The notes below the pieces were generated by a model. The model was not told where the DNA came from. It searched no databases and saw nothing but the letters and a program-made list of their open reading frames with translations. A stretch of 55,978 bases of DNA from NCBI GenBank assembly GCA_036396355.1, contig DASWKZ010000131.1, forward strand, positions 1-55,978. The letters are read 5' to 3'. Every line of letters starts with the position of its first letter. The first letter of the stretch is position 1. A program made the translations under genes and the position numbers. Positions 18,080 through 26,307 of this stretch are shown one piece after another. Origin of the DNA: Alphaproteobacteria bacterium (GTDB taxonomy: Bacteria > Pseudomonadota > Alphaproteobacteria > SMXQ01).

Positions 18080-18466
18080 ATGTCCATGGCTCCCGACCGA
18101 GATCATGACGGAACCGACGCCGGCGCGGTACCGGGTGACTCCTCCCCCGGTCCAGTCGCGCGCAGGCTCGAGGACAAGCTGCGCGCGGCCTTCGCGCCGG
18201 CGCGCCTGGTGCTGGTCGACGAATCCCGTCACCATGCCGGCCACGCCGCGGCGACGCCGGGCGGGGAGACCCACTTCCGCCTCGAGATCGTGGCGCGCGC
18301 CTTCGCCGGCAAGTCGCGCCTGGAACGCAGCCGGATGATTCATCGGGTCCTGTCCGAGGAACTCGCGGGCCCGGTCCATGCGCTCGCCATTACCGCCCGC
18401 GCCCCCGGCGAGGGACCCGGCGATCGCGCCGCGGCCGGCGCGCCCTCGGGCGGTCGCGCGGATTAG
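18080..18466 (+). CDS. bolA: BolA family protein
   Basis: LVLVDESRHHAGH...THFRLEIVARAFAGKSRLERSRMIHRVL...VHALAI is the BolA fold signature. ATG 18086, with GAGGA 5 nt upstream, is an equally good start. Confidence 0.8.
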   Translation: MSMAPDRDHDGTDAGAVPGDSSPGPVARRLEDKLRAAFAPARLVLVDESRHHAGHAAATPGGETHFRLEIVARAFAGKSRLERSRMIHRVLSEELAGPVHALAITARAPGEGPGDRAAAGAPSGGRAD

Positions 18467-18496
18467 TTGTAATCGATGTGTCTCCTAAATTCAGGA

Positions 18497-18524
18497 TTGC
18501 GTAAATCCGTATTGCCGCTAGACT
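18497..18524 (+). promoter_or_regulatory. candidate sigma70-type promoter for the RHH gene
   Basis: TTGCGT (18497-18502), a 16-nt spacer, then TAGACT (18519-18524), inside a locally AT-rich block (18466-18530). Confidence 0.35.
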
Positions 18525-18582
18525 TCCAGCGCCCGGGCCGCGGCGCGGGCAGGGGGCAGGCCATCGAGTCGGGGGGACACGG

Positions 18583-18924
18583 TTGGCAAGGGGCCCGGCA
18601 GCGGGGGGCATCGTGCTGATCTGTAGGAACGTCCATGTAGGGCAGCGCCGGACCAGCATCCGACTCGAACGGGAACTCTGGGATGCGGTCAACGAGGTCT
18701 GCGCCCGCGAGGGCATGACGCTTCATGAGCTGTGCACCCTGCTCGACCGCTACCGCGGCGCCAGCAGCCTCACCGCGGCGCTGAGGGTCTTTCTCATCGT
18801 CTATTTCCGTCGGGCGGCGACCGAGGAGGGGCACGCCGGCGCCGGTCATGGGGTCTCCCTACCGCAGGGCCAGGGCAGCGACCGCTGGCGGCCGATCCTC
18901 GCGAGCGTGTTCGGCAACCATTAG
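18583..18924 (+). CDS. ribbon-helix-helix (RHH_4-like) domain protein
   Basis: RNVHVGQRRTSIRLERELWDAVNEVCAREGMTLHELCTLLD...LTAALRVFLIVYF matches my memory of the RHH_4 pattern (GHRTS-hxLE-xxFW...ID...NLSSALRVFVL). The track start is TTG 18583. GTG 18613, with GGGGGG upstream, is an alternative. Confidence 0.6.
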   Translation: MARGPAAGGIVLICRNVHVGQRRTSIRLERELWDAVNEVCAREGMTLHELCTLLDRYRGASSLTAALRVFLIVYFRRAATEEGHAGAGHGVSLPQGQGSDRWRPILASVFGNH

Positions 18925-18963
18925 GGGACCCGATGCCGTGCCGGCCCAGGCGACCGGCGGCGG

Positions 18964-19521
18964 TCAACGGGGGCCGGTGTAGAATTCCGGCCAGCGCTCC
19001 TTCACGACGGCGCCGTCGGACGCCATCGCGTGGCAGGTGTCGAGCCGCGCCGGCCGCCGGGGCGCCTCGCCCGCCGCGGTCCGCTTGCGTCGCTCGACGA
19101 TGGGCCGGATGGTCTGGTAGGCGACGGTGCCGATCGGCCCGAGCATCTCCACCAGATGGACGCATCCTTGCACCCCGCCGAGGAGTTCGCGGACTCGGAG
19201 GTTCCAGCCCGGCTTGATCCGTTCCCCGATCAGCACCTTGTAGGCGGGCGTGATGTCGGGGCAGATGCGGTGGGGGCCCGCGTCGATCGCCGCTTCCACG
19301 TCGCGCACGGTCATGGTGTCGTCCAGAGTCAACCGGATCCACATGTCGTGGACCGCTGTTCCGGGCGCGATCTCACCCCGCCAGTAATTATCGAAGGCGT
19401 AGGCCTTGACGTCGGCGAGGTGGCCCTCGATGTCCCACAGGCCGTCGGCGCGCTCGTACCCGTCGAGCGCGAGCGTGCGGGTGTGGCGGCGTTCACGTTC
19501 GGTTGGCGTGCTGAGCGGCAT
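18964..19521 (-). CDS. DUF2889-like protein
   Basis: 185 aa. RRHTRTLALDGYERADGLWDIEGHLADVK...MWIRLTLDD...C..I......L.G...GCVHL resembles the DUF2889 family as I recall it. Not verified. Confidence 0.55.
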   Translation of the reverse strand: MPLSTPTERERRHTRTLALDGYERADGLWDIEGHLADVKAYAFDNYWRGEIAPGTAVHDMWIRLTLDDTMTVRDVEAAIDAGPHRICPDITPAYKVLIGERIKPGWNLRVRELLGGVQGCVHLVEMLGPIGTVAYQTIRPIVERRKRTAAGEAPRRPARLDTCHAMASDGAVVKERWPEFYTGPR

Positions 19522-19622
19522 GGCCGTTTCCCGTTCTGTCAGAGGGCGTCCGGGGATCCCGGTCGGCTCGCCCCGGCGCCACTATAGGGCGCGACGGATC
19601 GTGCTTACAACCGGGTTCCGGC

Positions 19623-20915
19623 TCACCCGGCAGCTCCCTTGGCGTCCTCGGTGCCCGGCGGTGTGATGCGGATCGCGGTGATCCGGTTGCCCTTGCGCCC
19701 CAGGATCTCGAACCGGAAGTCGTGGAAGGTGAAGACCTGCCCGGGATCCGGGATTAGACGCGATTCGTGCAGGACGAGTCCGGCGATGGTCGCGGCCCCC
19801 TCGTCGGGTAGACGCCAGTCGAAGCGGCGGTTGAGGTCGCGGATGGTGATGTTGCCGTCGGCGATCACGGTCCCGTCCGGCTGCGGCCGGATGCCGCGCC
19901 TCGGGACGTCGGTCTCGTCGAAGATGTCGCCGACGATCTCCTCGAGGATGTCCTCGAGGGTCACGATGCCCATGAGGTCGCCGTACTCGTCGACCACCAG
20001 GGCGAAGTGCTCGCCGCGCCGCCGGAAGGCCTGCAGCTGGGACAGGAGGTCGGTGGTATCGGGAATGAACCAAGGCTTCGAGGCCAGCGCCGCGATCTCG
20101 AGCTCGGCGATGCCGCCGGGGTTCTCCTGCACCGCCTTCAGCAGCGCCTTGGCGTGGAGCACGCCAATGACGTTGTCGGGCTTGCCGCGCCACAGCGGGA
20201 TTCGGGTATAGGGGCTGGCGACCACCTCGCGGACGATCTCCTCGGCCGGAAGGTCGGCGTCGACCGTGGCGACGCCGGAGCGATGCACCATGACGTCCCC
20301 CACCTCGACGTCGCCGAGGTCGAGGATCGAGTGCAGCATGATGCGCTCGTGGCGGGCCGCGCGGTCGCCGCCCTTGTGCAGCTCGATGGCGCCGCGCAGC
20401 TCGTGCTCGGCGAACCCCACGCCGCGCCCGTGGGCGGGACCGACGCCGAGTGCCCTCAGCATCCCCCGGACGAGGATCTGCACGGTGCGCGCGGCCGGAG
20501 AGAACAGGATCAGGAACAGCCTCACGACGGGCGCGACGAAAAGCGACATCCTGTCGGCGTGATTGATGGCATAGCTCTTGGGGAGCACCTCGGCGAAGAC
20601 CACGATCAGGACGGTCATGGCCAGCGTCGCATAGACGATCCCCGCCTCGCCGAACGTCTCGATGAGCACGCGGGTGGCCAGCACCGAGGCGAGGATGTTG
20701 ACCAGGTTGTTGCCGATCAGAATCGAGCCGATCAGCCGCTCCTTGTCGCGCCGCAGCGTGTTGACGAGGCCCGCGCGCGGGTGGCCGGACAGCTCGAGGT
20801 GATGGAGCAATGGCCTCGATGCCGCCGTGAGCGCCGTCTCCGATCCGGAGAAGAAGGCGGAAAGGCCCAGTAGCAGGAGGATGACGAGGACGTTGGTGGT
20901 CAGATATGGATCCAT
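19623..20915 (-). CDS. HlyC/CorC (CNNM) family transporter: DUF21 membrane domain + CBS pair + CorC_HlyC
   Basis: The in-frame ATG at 20915 of ORF 19623..21203 gives MDPYLTTNVLVILLLLGLSAFFSGSETALTAASR. There is a CBS region (VMVHRSGV...) and a C-terminal transporter-associated domain (FTFHDFRFEILGRKGNRI). Confidence 0.85.
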   Translation of the reverse strand: MDPYLTTNVLVILLLLGLSAFFSGSETALTAASRPLLHHLELSGHPRAGLVNTLRRDKERLIGSILIGNNLVNILASVLATRVLIETFGEAGIVYATLAMTVLIVVFAEVLPKSYAINHADRMSLFVAPVVRLFLILFSPAARTVQILVRGMLRALGVGPAHGRGVGFAEHELRGAIELHKGGDRAARHERIMLHSILDLGDVEVGDVMVHRSGVATVDADLPAEEIVREVVASPYTRIPLWRGKPDNVIGVLHAKALLKAVQENPGGIAELEIAALASKPWFIPDTTDLLSQLQAFRRRGEHFALVVDEYGDLMGIVTLEDILEEIVGDIFDETDVPRRGIRPQPDGTVIADGNITIRDLNRRFDWRLPDEGAATIAGLVLHESRLIPDPGQVFTFHDFRFEILGRKGNRITAIRITPPGTEDAKGAAG

Positions 20916-20962
20916 CTCAGTTTCCCATGGGAATCGGCGTCGGCGATCCTGTCGCCCCGCCT

Positions 20963-22108
20963 TCAGGCGGCGAGGCGGCGCTCGAGCAGCCGCTTGACCT
21001 CGCCCGGCTCGACATCGGGGACGACGATTCCCCGGCCGATACCGCGGGCGAGGATGAAGGTGAGGGCCCCGCCCCGGACCTTCTTGTCGTGGTGCATGTG
21101 CGCGATCAGGCGGTCGGCGCCGAAGCCGTACGCGGCGGGGTCCGCAGGCAGGCCCACCGCGGCATAGTGGGCGCGCAGCCGCTCGGCGGCGCCGTCGGGA
21201 CACAGCCCGAGCTGCTGGGACAATTCCAAGGCCAGCACCATGCCCAGCGCCACCGCCTCGCCGTGGAGCAGCCGATCGGAGAACCCGGTCTCCGCCTCCA
21301 TGGCATGGGCGAAGGTGTGGCCGAGGTTGAGGAGCGCGCGCTCACCATGCTCGCGCTCGTCGGCGGCGACGATGGCGGCCTTGATCCGGCAGCTCGCCGC
21401 CACCGCCTCGATGCGTGCGGCGCGGTCGCCCGCGATCAGGGCGCGGCCGTTCTCCTCGAGCCAGGCGAAGAACCCGGCGTCGCCGACGAGGCCGTATTTC
21501 ACCACCTCGGCGTATCCGGCGAGGAGCTCGCGCGGCGGCAGCGTGTCGAGGACGCCGATGTCCGCCAGCACCAGGCGCGGCTGGTGGAAGGCGCCGACCA
21601 GGTTCTTGCCGTGGCGCGTGTTGATGCCGGTCTTGCCGCCGACGGAGGAATCCACCTGGGCGAGCAGCGTCGTCGGCACCTGGATGAAATCCACGCCCCG
21701 CAGGGCGATCGCCGCCGCGAAGCCGACGAGGTCCCCGACCACGCCGCCGCCGAGGGCGACCAGCATGCCGCCGCGCTCGATCCCGTGGCCGAGCAGGTCG
21801 TCCAGCAGCCGCTCGAGATGGGCGAAGTCCTTGGTGTGCTCGCCCGGCTCCAGCACCACCGCGCGGTGGGGGACGCCCGCCGCGTCGAGCGCTCCTGCCA
21901 GGGCCGGCAGATGCAGTGCCGCGACGTTGGAATCGGTGACGACCGCCACCCCGCCTCGGCGCGCAGGGTCCGTGAGGAGGGGGGAGAGGTGGCTTCCCGC
22001 GTTCGCGACCAGCCCGGCGCCGACGCGAATCTCGTAGGATCGATCGCCGAGCGCGACTTCGATGGTCGTGTGCGACGGCGCGGAGGGCGAGGGAGACTTC
22101 GCGGCCAC
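20963..22108 (-). CDS. aroB: 3-dehydroquinate synthase
   Basis: 381 aa. Motifs: GGGVVGDLVGFAAA, VPTTLLAQVDSSVGGKTGIN, LNLGHTFAHA. Confidence 0.92.
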   Translation of the reverse strand: MAAKSPSPSAPSHTTIEVALGDRSYEIRVGAGLVANAGSHLSPLLTDPARRGGVAVVTDSNVAALHLPALAGALDAAGVPHRAVVLEPGEHTKDFAHLERLLDDLLGHGIERGGMLVALGGGVVGDLVGFAAAIALRGVDFIQVPTTLLAQVDSSVGGKTGINTRHGKNLVGAFHQPRLVLADIGVLDTLPPRELLAGYAEVVKYGLVGDAGFFAWLEENGRALIAGDRAARIEAVAASCRIKAAIVAADEREHGERALLNLGHTFAHAMEAETGFSDRLLHGEAVALGMVLALELSQQLGLCPDGAAERLRAHYAAVGLPADPAAYGFGADRLIAHMHHDKKVRGGALTFILARGIGRGIVVPDVEPGEVKRLLERRLAA

Positions 22109-22111
22109 GGC

Positions 22112-22792
22112 TCATCGCTTCCCGTCGCCGGGCCGGGACCGCCGGCGGTGCCGCCGGTGTCCGCCCGCCGGCGATTTCCAGGCCCTTCGGCGTTGGCCGG
22201 GAGGGGCGTCGTTGCGGGCCAGGGGGGCGAGGCCGAGGTGGTCCTCGAGCGCCTCCACGATCCGCTCCGCCACCGTCTCCGGCGGGTCCTCCCCGGTCTC
22301 GATGCGGATATCCGCCTCGCTGTAGACGGGGTAGCGCTCCTCGATCAGCCTGGCGAGGACCTCGCGCGGCCGCCTGCCCTTGAGCAGCGGCCGGCCGCCG
22401 CGGCGCGAGATCCGCTTGACGAGGGTGTCGAGGTCGGCCTTGAGCCACACCGAGACTCCCGACGCGGCGATGCGCGCGCGGGTGTCGGCGTCCATGTAGG
22501 CGCCGCCGCCGCTGGCGATCACCCGCGGCGGGCCGGACAGCAGCCGGGCGATCACCCGGCGCTCTCCCTGCCGGAAAACCGCCTCGCCCCGGGAGGCGAA
22601 GATCTCCTCGATGCTCTCCCCGGCCGCCGCCTCGATCTCCGTATCGGCATCCACGAAATCGATTCCGAGCCGCGCCGCCAGGATGCGGCCGACGCTGGTC
22701 TTGCCCGCGCCCATCAGCCCGACCAGCACCACCGACCGTTGGAGGCGCGACTCGCCCGCGGGGGGGTGTTCTGCGGAGGCGGTTTCGGGCAT
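22112..22792 (-). CDS. aroK: shikimate kinase
   Basis: The in-frame ATG at 22792 of ORF 22112..23143 gives MPETASAE...VVLVGLMGAGKTSVGRILAARLG (Walker A), then FVDADTEIE and FRQGERRV. The stop is 3 nt from the aroB start. Confidence 0.88.
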   Translation of the reverse strand: MPETASAEHPPAGESRLQRSVVLVGLMGAGKTSVGRILAARLGIDFVDADTEIEAAAGESIEEIFASRGEAVFRQGERRVIARLLSGPPRVIASGGGAYMDADTRARIAASGVSVWLKADLDTLVKRISRRGGRPLLKGRRPREVLARLIEERYPVYSEADIRIETGEDPPETVAERIVEALEDHLGLAPLARNDAPPGQRRRAWKSPAGGHRRHRRRSRPGDGKR

Positions 22793-22875
22793 TCCTCGAA
22801 TCTTGACGCGCCGGCGCGGGGCGCGGCTCAGGGTGGTACTATTGCATGACCGTACCAGACCGGCTAGGGTGCCGC

Positions 22876-22920
22876 AAATTAGCCACAGTCGGATTTTAGT
22901 GTAAATAAAATAACATGTTG
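22876..22920 (-). promoter_or_regulatory. candidate sigma70 promoter with AT-rich UP-like element for aroK-aroB(-corC)
   Basis: The minus strand reads ATTTTATTTACA-CTAAAATCCGACTGTGG-CTAATT. That gives -35 TTTACA, a 17-18 nt spacer, and -10 CTAATT/TAATTT. The 12-mer ATTTTATTTACA is identical to the one upstream of cysH. Confidence 0.45.
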
Positions 22921-23021
22921 TGTCCCAGCCGACGCACCCGGCGCCAAGCGGGCCGACCGCCGACGGTCGGCGCGCGGAGGCGATGCCGGCGATGTCGCTG
23001 CCGCCCCGCGAGCTCCGTTCC

Positions 23022-23162
23022 ATGAGCGTGACCATGCGCATCGTCATCGCCTTCCTTCTCGTCCTCATCGGCGGGGGCGCGGCGTTTCTCGCCACTTGGG
23101 ACATGCCGCCGCCCTCGGCGCCGGTGGAGAAGGTGATCCCCAATGACCGCGTCCTGCGTTAG
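23022..23162 (+). CDS. small single-TM protein (about 46 aa)
   Basis: Lies within ORF 22920..23162. ATG 23022 (or 23034) precedes MRIVIAFLLVLIGGGAAFLATW. Its 3' end overlaps the next gene's ATG by 20 nt. The start is uncertain. Confidence 0.4.
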   Translation: MSVTMRIVIAFLLVLIGGGAAFLATWDMPPPSAPVEKVIPNDRVLR

Positions 23163-25236
23163 CCGCCTCACGGTGCCGGCCGGCCTGCTGGCCGGCATCC
23201 TCGCGGCGGTTCCGCCGGGCGGGCCGGGGGCGGCCCAGTCCACCGGCGGGCCGGCCGCGGACGAGCCGCCGGTGGTCCTGATGCCGCCCGGGCCGTCGGC
23301 GCCTGGCGACGACCCTCCGCCGGGGCGGCCGCGCCCCGGCGCCGCCGTGCCGGCGACGGGCGCCGAGGCGCCCAAGGGGGGCGGCATCCGCGTCGACACC
23401 CTCGAGGCGTTGGATCCCGATTCGGTCGGACTCCTCGACGCCGGCGCCGGCGGATTCGGTGCCGCCATGTGGCGCGGCACCCCGCGCGCGCTGGTCGCGC
23501 GCCTGCTTCCCAGGCTGCCGGACGCGTCGGGCTCGAGGACGGCGCTCGACCTCGCCCGCCGGCTGCTGCTCAGCGCCGCCTCGGCCCCCGCCGATGACGG
23601 GGGGCGCCACCGCGCCGAAGACTCGCCCAGCCTGGTCGCGATGCGCGTCGACCGGCTGCTCGCCCGGGGCGACGTCGAGTCCACCCGGGCGCTGCTGGCG
23701 GTGGTGCCGGGGCGTCTCGAGGACGAGACCATCCTGCGGGCGCGCGCCGAGGTCGGCCTCGTCCGCAACGACATCTCCGGGGCCTGCGAAGCCGTCAGCA
23801 CCGGCATCGGCGAGTATTCGGACCCGTTCTGGCGCAAGGCCCATATCTTCTGCCAGCTCATGTCCGGCAAGACCCAGGACGCCACCATCGGCGCCGCCCT
23901 GCTGCGGGAGCAGGGCGAGGCGGACGCGCCGTTCTTCGCGCTGGTGCGGGCGCTGGCCGGCGACCCGGGCACCGGCGTCGAGGGCCTGCAACGGCCGACC
24001 GCGCTCCATGTGGCGATGATGCGCGCGGCCCGGCTGCAGATGCCGCCGGCGCTGGTCACCGAGGCGAGCCCGGCCGTGCTCCTGAACGTCGTGACCAACC
24101 CCAACGCCGATCTCGATACCCGTCTCGAGGCCGCCGAGCGCACCGAGGCATTGGGACTCCTCGACACCGAGGCCCTGGCCCGTGTCTATCTGTCGGTGAA
24201 CTTCACGCCGGGGGAGACCGCCAACGCGCTCACCACCGCCGAACGGCTGACGGGGCCGCGCGGTCGCGCCCTGCTCATGGGCGCGGCGCGCCAGCAGTCC
24301 ACCGCGGCGGGGCGGGCGGAAATCGTGAGCCGGGCCCTGGCGCTCGCGCGCAGGGACGGGCGTCAGGGCACGGCGCAGCGCGCCTTCCTCCCGGTCATCA
24401 GGGACCTGGATCCCACCGACGACCTCGCCTGGTTCGCGGTCGAGGCCGGCGCCGCGCTCTACGTCGCCGGCGCGATCCCGGAGGCGGGCAGGTGGTACGC
24501 CCTGGCCCGGCGCAAGCCCGGCCCGTTCCCGGCGGCTTCGGGGGCCGGCCGGGCCCCGGACGGCGAGGGGACGGCATCGGATGGGGGCGCCGCGACGGTT
24601 TCCGCGGTCCCGGCCGACCTCGCGCTGTGGCCGCTGGCGCAGCTCTCCGGCCTCCGCGGAATGGCGGAGGAAGGGGCCGGCGGGCCCGAGGCGGCGGGCG
24701 CGGGGCCGGCACCGTCGGCGGAACTCCCGGCCGGGGACGCATCCGGGGCCGGTGCCCGGCCTCCGGCGTGGGGATCGGGCCCGGGGGCGGTGGTCACCGT
24801 CGCGCCCCTCACCCTCCCCAAGCGGCAGGGCGCCCCCTCATCGGCCTTCGACGCCGCCATGTTCGACCGCTGGTGGGAGTCCCGGGCCGCGCCCGGCGAG
24901 GAGGAGGTCCGCCGCGCCCGCGCGGCCCGCCTCCTGTCGCTGGTCGAGGCCCTCGGCGGCACGGTTCCCGACGCGGCGTTCTCCCGCGTCATCGGCGGCG
25001 GCCGGCGCGAGACGGTCATGCCCGATGGGGGTGTGCTGGCCGGTCTCGAGCGCGCCGCCGCCGGCGGCCGGATCGGCGAAACCATCCTGCTGGCCCTCAT
25101 CGCCCTCGGCCCCGAGCCGCCCGGCCGGGTCGACCCGGCGGTGCTGTCCTCGGTGGTGCGGGCGCTGGCCGAGGCGGGGCTGCCCGAGGACGCCCGGCGA
25201 CTCGCCCTCGAAGCCGTCTTCGAGGCGGGCCTGTAG
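23143..25236 (+). CDS. large exported Ala/Pro/Gly-rich protein of unknown function (697 aa)
   Basis: N-terminal signal-like LTVPAGLLAGILAAV, followed by a Pro-rich linker, alpha-helical repeat-like regions and a second low-complexity insert (PAASGAGRAPDGEGTASDGG...). GC3 bias supports coding. Genes in this position between aroK and xerD in other alphaproteobacteria are, as far as I recall, uncharacterised. Confidence 0.7.
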   Translation: MTASCVSRLTVPAGLLAGILAAVPPGGPGAAQSTGGPAADEPPVVLMPPGPSAPGDDPPPGRPRPGAAVPATGAEAPKGGGIRVDTLEALDPDSVGLLDAGAGGFGAAMWRGTPRALVARLLPRLPDASGSRTALDLARRLLLSAASAPADDGGRHRAEDSPSLVAMRVDRLLARGDVESTRALLAVVPGRLEDETILRARAEVGLVRNDISGACEAVSTGIGEYSDPFWRKAHIFCQLMSGKTQDATIGAALLREQGEADAPFFALVRALAGDPGTGVEGLQRPTALHVAMMRAARLQMPPALVTEASPAVLLNVVTNPNADLDTRLEAAERTEALGLLDTEALARVYLSVNFTPGETANALTTAERLTGPRGRALLMGAARQQSTAAGRAEIVSRALALARRDGRQGTAQRAFLPVIRDLDPTDDLAWFAVEAGAALYVAGAIPEAGRWYALARRKPGPFPAASGAGRAPDGEGTASDGGAATVSAVPADLALWPLAQLSGLRGMAEEGAGGPEAAGAGPAPSAELPAGDASGAGARPPAWGSGPGAVVTVAPLTLPKRQGAPSSAFDAAMFDRWWESRAAPGEEEVRRARAARLLSLVEALGGTVPDAAFSRVIGGGRRETVMPDGGVLAGLERAAAGGRIGETILLALIALGPEPPGRVDPAVLSSVVRALAEAGLPEDARRLALEAVFEAGL

Positions 25237-25269
25237 GCCCAGGAACGGCCGGGAGGGGGCGGGGCGCGG

Positions 25270-26241
25270 ATGGCGCGGCGTCGATCCGGCATCGAGGAGC
25301 CTCCGGCGGCCGGGCCCCATCTCGAGAGCTTTGCCGAGATGCTGACGGCCGAACGCGGCGCCGCCCTCAACACCGTTGCCGCCTACCGCAGGGACCTGGT
25401 GGACTTCGCCCGGTTCCTCGACCGCGAGGGCATGACCCTCGCCGGCGCCGACGGCGGCGCCATCCGGCGCTACCTGGGGGCGCTGGCCGACGGCGGCCGC
25501 GGCGCGCGCACGGCGGCGCGCCGGCTCTCGGCGTTGCGCCAGTTCTATCGCTTCCTGTTCGCCGACGGCGTGCGCCCCGACGACCCCACCGCCGGCGTCG
25601 ACAATCCCGCGCGGGGACGCTCGCTACCCCGGATTCTGAGCGAGGCGCAGGTGGAGGCCCTGTTCGAGGCCGCCCGCGCCCGCCACGGCCGCGCCGGGAC
25701 GCGCCTGAGGGCCCTGCTCGAGATCATCTACGCCACCGGGCTCCGGGTCTCGGAGCTGGTCGGCCTGCCGCTCTCGGCCCGGACCGGGGACGGCCGGTTC
25801 CTGCTGGTATCGGGCAAGGGCGGCAAGGAGCGCATGGTGCCGCTCTCGGAGCCGGCACGGGCCGCCATCGACCAATGGCTGCCGCACCGCCGGGCGCTGG
25901 TCGGCGACGGCGGATCGCCCTGGCTGTTCCCCACCGCCGCCACCGAGGGCCACCTCACGCGGCAGCGCTTCGCCCAGATGCTCAAGGAGCTGGCGGCCGA
26001 CGCCGGGCTCGATCCCCGCGCCGTCTCGCCCCACGTGCTCCGCCATGCCTTCGCCAGCCACCTGCTGGCCCACGGGGCCGATCTCCGCAGCCTCCAGCAG
26101 ATGCTCGGCCACGCCGACATCTCCACCACCCAGATCTACACCCATGTGCTGGAAGAGCGGCTGACCCGGCTGGTCGCCGAGCGGCATCCGCTGGCCCGCC
26201 GCGGGCGGCCGCGCGCGGGGCCCCGCCGGCCGGGGCGCTGA
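25270..26241 (+). CDS. xerD: site-specific tyrosine recombinase XerD
   Basis: 323 aa. N-terminal SAM-like core-binding domain (AYRRDLVDFARFL). Catalytic residues are in ATGLRVSEL, HVLRHAFASHLL and LLGHADISTTQIYTHV. Confidence 0.9.
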   Translation: MARRRSGIEEPPAAGPHLESFAEMLTAERGAALNTVAAYRRDLVDFARFLDREGMTLAGADGGAIRRYLGALADGGRGARTAARRLSALRQFYRFLFADGVRPDDPTAGVDNPARGRSLPRILSEAQVEALFEAARARHGRAGTRLRALLEIIYATGLRVSELVGLPLSARTGDGRFLLVSGKGGKERMVPLSEPARAAIDQWLPHRRALVGDGGSPWLFPTAATEGHLTRQRFAQMLKELAADAGLDPRAVSPHVLRHAFASHLLAHGADLRSLQQMLGHADISTTQIYTHVLEERLTRLVAERHPLARRGRPRAGPRRPGR

Positions 26242-26307
26242 GGGGCGCAGTTTGACATTCGGGGCCCGCCAAGGCATTTAGGGACCCCATTCCAACGCCG
26301 CCCGCCC

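Noticed and set aside
18583-18924. RHH protein as the antitoxin of a toxin-antitoxin pair
   Set aside because: There is no adjacent co-oriented small ORF that could be a toxin. The next gene is convergent (DUF2889-like). The RHH_4-type sequence is not one I associate with TA antitoxins.
25270-26241. Tyrosine recombinase as a marker of an integrated mobile element
   Set aside because: The sequence and context (aroK ... xerD-accA) are those of the housekeeping chromosome-dimer resolvase XerD. There are no flanking att-like repeats, no cargo and no compositional shift.
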